From contig OZ234493.1 of NCBI GenBank assembly GCA_965153455.1, positions 24,108,213 to 24,172,212 on the forward strand: DNA of 64,000 nucleotides, read 5' to 3'. Shown here piece by piece: positions 28,281-38,293 of this stretch (positions within the stretch are counted from its first letter, which is position 1; every line of letters starts with the position of its first letter). The notes below the pieces were generated by a model, which worked only from the letters and a program-made list of their open reading frames with translations, was not told the DNA's origin and did no database searches. Origin of the DNA: Sphagnum compactum (taxonomy: Eukaryota). Position numbers and translations under genes: made by a program.

Positions 28281-28745
28281 GCAATATTCGCATATAAGTC
28301 CTAAAATAGCCGCAAGCATTTTGCATTCATTACAATACCCGCATATAAGTCCCATAATAGCCGCTGGCATTTTGCATTCATTGCAATACCTGTATATAAG
28401 TCCCATAATAGTCGTTGGCATTTTGCATTCCTTGCAATACCCGCATATGGGCCACAAATAGTCGCTGGCATTCTACATTTGTTGCAATACCCACATATGG
28501 GTCCCATAATAGTCGTTGGCATTTTTCATTCGTGGCAATACCCGCATATGGGCCCGATAGTAGACCCTATCATTTTACATTCGTTGCAATACCCGCATAT
28601 GGGTCCCATAATAGTCGTTGGGTTTTTTTACATTCCTTGCAATACCCGCATATAGGTTCTATATTAGCCGCTGGTTTTTTACATCGCTTGCAATACCCGC
28701 ATATAGGTCCCATAATAGTTGCTGGTTTTTTACATTCATTGCAAA
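28281..28745. repeat. 51-bp minisatellite, about 9 copies
   Basis: GCAATACCCGCATAT.GGTCCCATAATAG.CG.TGGCATTTT.CATTC.TT; the CAATA motif recurs at 28282, 28333, 28384, 28435, 28485, 28536, 28587, 28640, 28691. Confidence 0.95.
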
Positions 28746-31415
28746 ACTTACATTTTGTCCTAAAATTAATTCAGAATAACAATTAATTTATGTATATAAA
28801 AAGACATATTTTAGGTACCTAGACCACTTATTAATTATTTTGAAATGACGTTACATGAGGGTATTGCATTTAGGGTTTAAGGTCTTCACATAAGGTTTAC
28901 CTCAACCACCTATGGATTATTTTAGTATGAACTTGCATGTAGGTATTGCATCTAGGCCTTGGTCTTCATTCAAAGGTGCACCCAAACTACATATTGGGTA
29001 TTTCAAAGTGACTTTACATGTGGGTATTACATTTAAGGTTGCCCTTTCATTATAGGTTTTACCTTATTCACGTATGGGTTATTTTGAAATGAACTTGAAT
29101 ATGGCTATTGCATTTAGGGTTAAGGTTTCGTATAATTTTGCAATATCCACACACGTATTTACTTTCACCATTTATAAATTTAGCCTTAATTTTTTTAATA
29201 ATTAAGTATAATTTGTAACAAAACACAAAAGAAGGTATGTCTCTTACCATTTTTTAATCTCCAAGCTGATCTCTTTCAATTTCTTTAAAAATGTGTATTG
29301 CGTTGCTTTGCATATAAAATTCCCCCTATAATGCATCGTAGATTTATTTTATTTACTATGAACTTGGTAAAAAAATGTTAATTAATTGAAGGTTCCCCAA
29401 ACTCTAAATTTGAATCATATTCCAATAGTATATACTTATAACAATTATATGGAAAAATGTGCTTTCTTTTTAATAAATTTTTTTAGTTCAAATTAAGATG
29501 TTATAATACAATAAGGATTAGACATTAAACTGTCATAAATGCTAATTAGGCTTATGTGGCCTAGGCTAGTATATTACCTATATAACTAGTATGTTTACTT
29601 AATAAACTCAACCACCTTCAATACCTACATAGACCATCTAAGATATTAACCTAAAAGGCCTACACTAATGAATAAACTACATAATAGGCCTATATTACGT
29701 AGGTAGCCTATTAGGTAATTAATTAGGTTACTTAACAAATAGCTTACTAACCTATTATTCATGTTTAAGTTAGGTTGTTTAGTTTAGTCAATGTCGACAC
29801 TTTAGTCAATCTGACAACCTTAGGTTTGAGCTTTTGTTGAAGTTAGTAATTTGTCAAGGCTATAGATTCTTGGTTGTTTTTTTATGAACACAATTGTGTT
29901 TTTTGGATAGTCAAGTCATCTTTCAACTTTTAAAGTTGTCGAAAACATTACATAACAACTTGGCCCTCACAAAGCTTTTAAAATCCACACAAACTCTGGC
30001 ATGACGTTTAAGAGCTTATGAACATTTTCATACCTAGCTATTAATCTTTTGGAATTTTTAAATTTGCATTAAAAACAAAGTTCATTAAAAATAATTGCAA
30101 TATACGTAACCATAGGTTTATATATATAAATAAATATGAAAATATTATATGTATTGAAATGGATCAACAATATAATTCCATAATATCATTATTTATATAT
30201 TATTTGTTATAAATAACAATATATTTGGACCAATATTTAAACCAATATTATACACCATAAAAAAAAAGTTTACATAAGGACTTGTGTTATATATGTATAA
30301 AATATAAAATATTTTTGACTCATTACATGATTATTTTAACCAATAACTTAATTACTATATATCAGAAAAGTATAAAATAAAATTTCAATCAAACATAGGA
30401 TTCATATGTTTATTTTTATGTGAAACATAAAAAAAAAGTAGAAAATTGTGTGCTTTGAGTTTTTTTAAAACATAGTCTAAAATCTTATTAAATTAGAGAC
30501 TTTATATTTATGTTTTTTTAAATGAGTATACAACTTTAAAAGGGGGAAAAAAAAATATGAACATCTTTGAAGAAATTTTAAGCTTGAACTTTTTTCTTTT
30601 TGATTTCGATAAACTTTGTATTACATTCAGGTTAGGTTTTCACATAAGGTTTGATTCTTACCTTTGTGTGATAACTCCAACCTAATTTTCCCAATCTCTT
30701 TGAAGAAGATATAGAACGAGATTGTATTATTTCACATATGTTTAAACCCTAAAAATTCCCCCCCAATTTAATATAAAATATTTTTGATAATTAATGAATT
30801 ATCAAAAAAATTGTCATATAATTAAATAATTAATAGACCATTATTTCAGATAATTTAAATGATTAATTATCAAGAATTAGATAATCATTTATTTATTTAA
30901 AATAATTAACTAATCATTTGGCTTAATTTTATTTACTTGGATAATAAAAAGTTGGATCTAAAAATCAGATTGATTAATTTGATATTTGATTGATTAACTT
31001 AAGTATATTTTTGTTTTAATAAGTTATTGAAATCACTATTTAAGATAATTATTCCATGTTATAGATTGCAAGTTCAGCTTTTTCATGAAAAATTCCTACA
31101 CCAAGATAAGCTTGATCACAATTGTCATTATATTATTTGTTCCACAAATAATACAACAAAGTAAGAATCATGGAACTCTTAATCAACAACCCCAACCTTT
31201 ATACACACCTTCATATAAAGAGGCTTAAACCCCACATGCGTATTTTTGGAGTGACCCAAATTGCAGGTATTGCATTTAGGGTTGGGTTATTTCAAAGTGA
31301 CTTTGCATGTGCATATTGTGTTTAGGGTTAGGTTTTCACTTAAGGGTATCCAAACCATTTAGTTGGGTTTTTTTGAAACGTGGGTATTGCATTTAGGCTT
31401 GTTTTTCATTTCAAC

Positions 31416-31585
31416 TTGTAATACTTAGACTTATACTTACCTCGACCAATTGGAATTTTGGGGTTTCATTGCAATATTTACACCCGTACTTACCTTTAAC
31501 AACTGAAATTTTGGGGCATAATTGCAATACTTGCACTTGTACTTACTTTTACCAATTGGGATTTTGGGGCCTAATTCTAATACTT
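31416..31585. repeat. 53-bp tandem repeat, 3 copies plus a partial copy
   Basis: TTG.AATA.TT...TACTTAC...CAA.TG..ATTTTGGGG units start at 31416, 31469, 31522, 31574. Confidence 0.8.
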
Positions 31586-32289
31586 GCATTTAACACTAAT
31601 ATTATCATTATCCTTGTGTTTTTGCATTTCACACTTTTTGTGCTTATTACTTGGAAACAATAATAACCTTTGTGCCATAGTAAACTTCATGTGTGTGTTG
31701 AATCCATGATGTTCAAAGAATTTGGGCTATGGTTTCCTCCATACAAAATTGATTCTAAAACAAAATTCTTAGTGCCAATGTCAACAATCTTGATTAGTAA
31801 TCGAGACATTTATTAGGGTAAAATATTAGTTCTGAAATATATGAACCAAATTCCTATACACTAAAGCATAAAGCATAATCCTACAAATCCAAATGATATT
31901 TTGCCATAAGCCTTATTACAACCCTAACTATACAAACCCTAACAAAAAACAAATAGTGATATATGCCCTAAACCCAAAAAACTATACAAATTATACAGAT
32001 TATATAATGCAAAATAAACAAATTTAAAAGAACATAGGAAAAAAATTAGAAACCAAAATTCAAAAGTTTTAAACTATAAATATTTATTAACTGAAAGAAA
32101 ATACGTTAATCTTTAAAAATAATCAAATAAATTTTGTACAAAACCAAAAAAAAAGATATGTCTTTTATTTTTGTGTGATCTTTCCAGCCTAATTTTTCCA
32201 CTTTTTTTGAAAAAGATATAAAATGCAATTGTAATACTTCACATATGTGTAAACCCTAAAAATTTCCCCCCAAATTTAGCCTACTTTAT

Positions 32290-35200
32290 CAGCGGGGAAT
32301 TGATGCGCGAAGATGCCATTCCTTGTGGGCGCATGTCGCGTATCTTTTCCACTGTTGCTGGTGTAGGTGGAGTGTTCCTCTCGTGGCCCTTGTGCTCGAT
32401 CCACTACGGTTGGTCTCGAACTTTGCATTGTGATTGCATTTTGCAAAATTGCTTCCGGCAGTATTGAAGTTAGCTATACCAGCCTTGCTTGCATTGGTGA
32501 TTACAATTCCAGCAGACTTGAGTACTGTGAATTGTGTATGATTCCAAAGAATGTTTTGGAAACCTTCATCAGCTTCTATTGCAGTTTGACTCTAGTCCTT
32601 AGAGAATGTGGATTATAGTACAATTGTTGTATGTGAATTCTTGTGGATTTCTTCATGCACTGGTTGTTCAGAGTTTTTGATTTGGCTGTGCATGTGTTCA
32701 GGGCCTCGAATCACATGGCCAAGAGTCTTCAGGTGGCAGATATGCGGGGCTGTAGGTGCAGCTGCTGCCATGGCCACATTCGCTCGGCTATGGGAACCTG
32801 CATGTGAGCCTCAAAACATAGCTGCATATGATTCTTAGCCTATCTAAGCCCCCACTTTCTGCCCCATTGATTATCCATTATCTCAGTAGCCCCTTAATGA
32901 TGTATCCAGTGCTCGAACACTCTCCATCTCCTAACCTGGATTTTAAAAAAAACTCCCTATAGCCAACCAGTCAACCAATGATTATCAATCGGGTAATTGA
33001 AACCCTACTCTTATGCATAATTGATGGTTATTATCAAACCAATTTTGATACCCTAATAAAAGCATTCAATATTTGCTTGATATTGATAACCTGATTGACT
33101 CAACCACACACTATTTTGCTTGAGCTGGTAGGTGAACTTTCCCAAGAAGGGAAAGTGCTATGATAGGGCCAAGTGAACCAACACCCACCAGCTCGCACCA
33201 TACTCAGTTGTGGATGAACCTCAACTGAGTTGAACATTTGGTTTCATCTTGGTAACAAATTCTGTAAGAAATAGGTCCCATAAATAGGCAGACAGGTAGT
33301 TGTCAGATTGGCTATGTATCAACTTTCACCCCTTATGGACCTCTCAATAGCTCGGCCCCAGGGGTTATTAACAAAATCAAAATACCCACACAACACTGAT
33401 GAATGCAATCATGGGTAGTCGCTACCTCTTAGGATTGTTGCATAATTTAGATTGTAAGTTCAATCATGTTGTAATTGATCCAGCTCTCGCTCCATGATCT
33501 TGCAACAACAGGCCACTTGAAGGAGAGGCACCCAAGCACTTGGGTTATCATCAAAGGACTTGTTTTGGCACTGGTACGAATGTTAATATAACTTCGATCA
33601 GTATGCTCCATGTTGGGTGGGTACCAGGCAGGAGGAGCCCTGCTATATATATAGACTGATACTGGTCCTCATATCAAAGAACTCACCAGACTGGTATGAC
33701 TTGATCCAATACTGACCACATACCAATACCTGCCTGGTAGGGAAATGAGGTCATACCAGCCTCTTAGCATGTTCAGAGAGTGCCATTCCTGTGTTTTTGA
33801 TTCTGGAATCCTGAAGTGGTTTGAAATTATTCTGGCATCTGAGCTAGAATCGTATGGCTGCTGGAGGTACAAAGCTGGAAGCATGTCAGGCAAAGATCTG
33901 AGCTTGAACATTGTATGCAGTTCAAGTCGGATCTTTGCTTGAATTTACAGAATCAGGTGTCCATCGTATTGTGATCAGTATTGCAAATTCTGGCAGCTCC
34001 AGGAACTTGATCAAGAATACCAATACATCTACAATACATAATGCTTCTAGCTGTGTAACCCAGAATCACATGCTCTAAAGGCCAGGAATACAACTATACC
34101 ATACTATGTCTCTATGTGATTGTCCAGAGAAATTTCCACCACAACACTTTGAGGATACAATGAGAAATGAGTACAGTCATCACCTTGTGAGAGTTGCTCA
34201 CAAATTGTCAGACCATCACCTTCATCACAAATAGCAGTGAAAAGATACCATGACTACCCTGTGACTTCATCAACTCCCAACAGTCACGAATGTTGATGTC
34301 AGTACATGACAACCAGCCTAAAATTCAGGTAAATACATCCTGCACAATCTGCATCCTGACTTTCTGTCACATTTCCAGAACCAACAGGAGACTCAGTTAT
34401 GACTCATGATGTTGGCTAGCAATCAAGACACATAGCTAATAAAAAATAGGTCAATAGTATCCTGATGCAAGCTGCAACAAGTTTGTGAGTTTAAGCTTCA
34501 TTTCATTTAATTTTTCAATGCCAGGAGCATAGCCATAGTTGTAGTTCCAATGTCATTCTATCAGCAATACTTTCTTAGCCAGTGTGGTGTTTGCTATGAA
34601 AATTTCTTAATTGTTACACTTATACCAAAGACCACTGCTGGCTTTAAACCCTAACAAGTCCAGGTTAGGAGATGGAGAGTGTTCGAACACTGGATACATC
34701 ATCAAGGGGCTATTGAGATAATGGATAATCAATGGGGCAGAAAGTGGGGGCTTAGATAGGCTAAGAATCATATGTAGCTATGTTTTGAGGCTCACATGCA
34801 GGTTCCCATAGCCGAGCGAATGTGGCCATGGCAGCAGCTGCACCTACAGCCCCGCATATCTGCCACCTGAAGACTCTGATGAAGACTCTGCCATGTGATT
34901 CGAGGCCCTGAACACATGCACAGCCAAATCAAAAACTCTGAACAACCAGTGCATGAAGAAATCCACAAGAATTCACATACAACAATTGTACTATAATCCA
35001 CATTCTCTAAGGACTAGAGTCAAACTGCAACAGAAGCTGATAAAGGTTTCCAAAACATTCTTTGGAATCATAGACAATTCACAGTACTCAAGTCTGCTAG
35101 AATTGTAATCACCAGCGCAAGCAAGGCTGGTATAGCTAACTTCAATACTGCCGGAAGCAATTTTGCAAAATGCAATCACAATGCAAAGTTCGAGACCAAC

Positions 35201-35319
35201 CGTAGTGGATCGAGCACAAGGGCCACGAGAGGAACACTCCACCTACACCAACAACAGTGGAAAAGATACGCGACATGCGCCCACAAGGAATGGCATCTTC
35301 GCGCATCAATTCCCCGCTG
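32290..35319. repeat. Long inverted repeat: arms 32290-32940 and 34659-35319 with a ~1.7-kb spacer
   Basis: The arms are reverse complements over ~650 bp, with about a dozen substitutions by eye plus one net 10-nt indel; the near-identical ORFs 32367-32618(+) and 34991-35242(-) confirm this. Confidence 0.97.
32303..32838 (+). pseudogene. 5'-truncated copy of a small conserved plant gene of unknown function; exons 32303-32408 and 32702-32838 (possible 80-aa product)
   Basis: MREDAIPCGRMSRIFSTVAGVGGVFLSWPLCSIHYG|PRITWPRVFRWQICGAVGAAAAMATFARLWEPACEPQNIAAYDS*. It lacks the promoter and first codons seen in the other copy and resembles a recalled angiosperm small protein ending ECEPQNIAAYD. Confidence 0.75.
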
Positions 35320-35348
35320 GATGCTCCTAGTGCCTGTCGCACGGCCAT
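34792..35348 (-). pseudogene. Copy of the same small gene with an intact 5' end but frameshifted exon 2; exons 35348-35201 and 34907-34792
   Basis: MAVRQALGASSGELMREDAIPCGRMS...HYG|PRITW, then TGG-CAGAGTCTTC-AT-CAGAGTCTTC-AGG instead of TGG-CCAAGAGTCTTC-AGG (net +10 nt), which gives QSLHQSLQVADM...GTCM*. Confidence 0.8.
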
Positions 35349-35387
35349 CGCCAACTAGCTCTTGCACTCCACACACGGAAATACGCA

Positions 35388-35522
35388 GCAGGATTAGGGT
35401 TTTGGACATCAGGACATTTGAGTTCTTCACAAAGAGAGCAGGATTAGGGTTTTGGATTTCAGGACATTTGAGTTCACACAGAGAGCAGGATTAGGGTTTC
35501 GGGTTTCAGGACATTTCAGTTC
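35388..35522 (-). promoter_or_regulatory. Three ~48-bp tandem units, each with a telo-box (AAACCCTAA), just upstream of the small gene; site II-like TGGGCC at ~35610
   Basis: GCAGGATTAGGGTTT...CAGGACATTT.AGTTC at 35388, 35438, 35485; telo-box plus site II is an established plant promoter combination. Confidence 0.6.
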
Positions 35523-37640
35523 GAATGGGTTCAATTATGACCATGTCTTCATACCGAAAAAGGGCCATAATAGAGTTATCTGTAAAGTCTCCCTGTCCTC
35601 ACCTTGTCTTTGGGCCTGCTTTCACCCCCTATCCCCTCTTTCAGTGGTATTGCAAAGTAATGAAATCATATATATTAATTGCATACGAGTGTCCTTGCCA
35701 CTGGAATAGGTGTGAACAAAACCTTTGTCACCAATGAGATTGTTGGAATGGGAAGCTGGCACCTTTGAATGTTGTGACATGCTTTCATAAGGCTTGAAAA
35801 CAAAATAGGTGTAGAGAAAAAAATTGTAACAAAATGATATTGTTCAAATTGAATGGTACCTTGAACTATCATATCATGCATGAAGCGAAAATGATTTTGC
35901 CTTCACATTTTGTACAATATTCAGAAATATGAAATATTTTGCATACATAATACTTGCATTCTTCATTATTTCATATAGAATGTTACGTACAACATTATGA
36001 AAAATAATCTCTATGTTTCATACACACAAGTTACATACAATATTTTTTGGTATTATATTGGCACACATATAGTGTTAACACTTTATAATTAAGTTGTAAT
36101 GTAAAATGTATGGTGAAGATTTGGTTTTATGTGTGTGTGTTCGATGGGGGAATGAAAAGGTTGGGTGATTATATCACACTATGTGTGTATTATGTGTGTG
36201 GTCTTGTGTGCATGTGTATATGCTTGAGAAAATCAAGGGGATGTGCATGAATGTGATGTTAATTGTGATTGGAATAAGATGTAATTGAAGTTTTAAAATC
36301 ATTATTACAAAATGTGGGTGCAGTTCATTAGTCCCAATTCACTAAATCAATGAATTCACTCAAAATCTAATGAAATCACTTGACGTACAGGGACACCTTT
36401 TGTTGTAATGAATGTAATTGCATGGGCAAGAAAATTATGTGCATGATATGACACAATGTTAACATAATGGTTTAAATATAATGTTACATGTCACGTTATG
36501 TTACAAGATATGGTTATTCCCACTACCAAACTATTTTGTTTTATGTGGGAATTCAATTTTGGTTGAAGTTAGAATGTCTTGTGTTCATTTCTCTCTATTT
36601 AAATCCTCTCCCATTGCTCTTCAACTCAAAAAGTAGGCCAAAAATCACACAAATTGCCCACACCTTTAGTATGACTAGCAACCAATCAATTATTCCAATG
36701 TTTGGTGACAAACAAAACTTCATTCCTTTTCATGAGGAAGTCACTATTTTATGGTGTACTTCCCACAAGTCTCATGATATTAAAATAGTCTTAGTAAGTT
36801 TCAAAATCAATACCATATTACTCAGTACATGAAACTGCATATGAAGACGTAAAAGTTTGATGTGTCAAAGGTCATGTGGGAGGTTCTGACCGAGAGCAAA
36901 TCCACGCCTGCAGGCTCAAGTCCTGGGACAATGGATGCCAGATTCTGCAGCAGACAGCAAATCCAGTTACGTGCCATCAAGACATAGAGTGAGGACTCTT
37001 TAAGACCCTGGAATACCCAAATGCATTAGGCTGATCCAGAGGCATATGGATCATGCTTAAGACATCATAGATCTGCTCCAAGGCTTAGCCACTCACATTC
37101 TATAGAAATTAAACACAAAAATGTGACCTTTGCTTTGAAATTTGTCACAGATATTGATAGAACTTCAGGTTGGACCAACCGTAGGTGGCCACTTTGGAAA
37201 AGCAAACTTAAAGTCTGGCAGTGAGGTCACTCCAGGCCAGGTCTCCTCATTTGGGGTCCCCAAAGTCCTGCATTATCAAAAGGTGAATACACAAGGGTGA
37301 ATCTCTTTGCCAAGTATAAGTATACCTATATGCTGATTTACCTACACATACAACTTCTGGCTCACAGATTTACATGCAACAGCCCCTATTTTGAAGATAA
37401 GAAATGATACCCTATGATAGCAAGCCAGTATAAATATAAAGATGTGAGTTTGGCAATCTTACAGCACTCCGTGAAATTTCCACGTGTCTTTAGAGGGCAC
37501 CTTACATCCTCAAATGGCTGTGTGCTATGTCACAATCGTATTTGGACGCATGCACAAGTCAGAGATTGGCACATCTTCCCGACCCAAAGCTGTGTGCATG
37601 CTTGAACCTGATTAGCAGGTGTGTGGTTTTGATGATGCAA

Positions 37641-37742
37641 ACATGGCATAAGATGTTCATCATTAATGCAGGTCCAGGCTTTAGAATGTTGTGGAGCACC
37701 ATCAAAGGTTTCTTGGATCCAGTTTCAATTTCAAAGATCAGT
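37641..37742 (+). pseudogene. Orphan single exon of a SEC14/SFH phosphatidylinositol-transfer gene
   Basis: [34 protein letters not shown] (CRAL-TRIO motif), 102 nt; donor GTATGT intact; acceptor reads TGCAA instead of TGCAG; no other SEC14 exons seen. Confidence 0.85.
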
Positions 37743-38076
37743 GTATGTTATCGACCCACTGAGTACAGCAGTTGCAAAATTTTCTGGCCAGGTAAAATCT
37801 TCTACTTTCCTTAATGCAAATTTTGTTTTTTTATTATTAGTACCTCTGCAGTGTAGTATGTGGATAGTTAGGCACTGTCTGGTGCAAAGCATCTCAAGGC
37901 TGGAATAGAAACATGAGAACCAGAAATTTCTGTTAGACTGATGATTCCGATAGAAGCTCTACTCAGACATGAATTACATATTTGTACAGAAGAAGCAAGA
38001 TTTCCCTGAAGCCTCTCAGGAGGCTATAGAGCCAATTGTTGTTACTGACGGAATGTTAAGGCTACAAGCCAACCAC

Positions 38077-38293
38077 CTTGCGGAAATCTACATCCTTCGC
38101 CAAAGGCTTTCCTGCACTGTACACTCCAAAAATAGCTATGCGCTCTTTTTCCCCAAGAAGTCCAATGTGGATCTCCCGGTCAATGCGGCCAGGCCGCACG
38201 AAGGACTCATCTAGCTCATCAGGACGATTGGTTGCACAAATGAGATTCACAGATTGTCGCAGAGAGAATCTGTCAACATCTGTATCCTCTGGC
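38077..38293 (-). pseudogene. Orphan single exon of a chloroplast FtsH12-like AAA protease
   Basis: TGCAG|...DTDVDRFSLRQSVNLICATNRPDELDESFVRPGRIDREIHIGLLGEKERIAIFGVYSAGKPLAKDVDFRK|GT; contains the AAA second region of homology; no neighbouring FtsH exons seen. Confidence 0.85.

Larger units (their letters stand above)
24386..32290 (+). mobile_element. ~8-kb unclassified composite repetitive element, non-autonomous; boundaries approximate
   Basis: Contains in order a GC-rich leader, a palindrome array, a decayed zinc-finger gene, a 51-bp minisatellite and duplicated AT-rich blocks (30665-30770 resembles 32172-32278; GTATTGCATTTAGGGTT motifs at ~28.9-29.1 kb and ~31.3-31.4 kb). It ends abruptly at the truncated gene copy. 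No transposase recognised. Confidence 0.5.

Noticed and set aside
32367-32618. 83-aa ORF MECSSRGP... and its mirror at 34991-35242
   Set aside because: It is in the wrong frame and mostly intronic; the real frame is the spliced two-exon gene
33850-33960. ZZ-finger-like string LNCIQCSSSDLCLTCF on the minus strand
   Set aside because: It is short, flanked by stops, lacks the other ZZ ligands and overlaps the hairpin; likely chance
35395-35500. TTAGGGTTT motifs read as telomere remnants
   Set aside because: They are single units inside longer repeats next to a start codon, so they fit telo-boxes rather than a telomeric array
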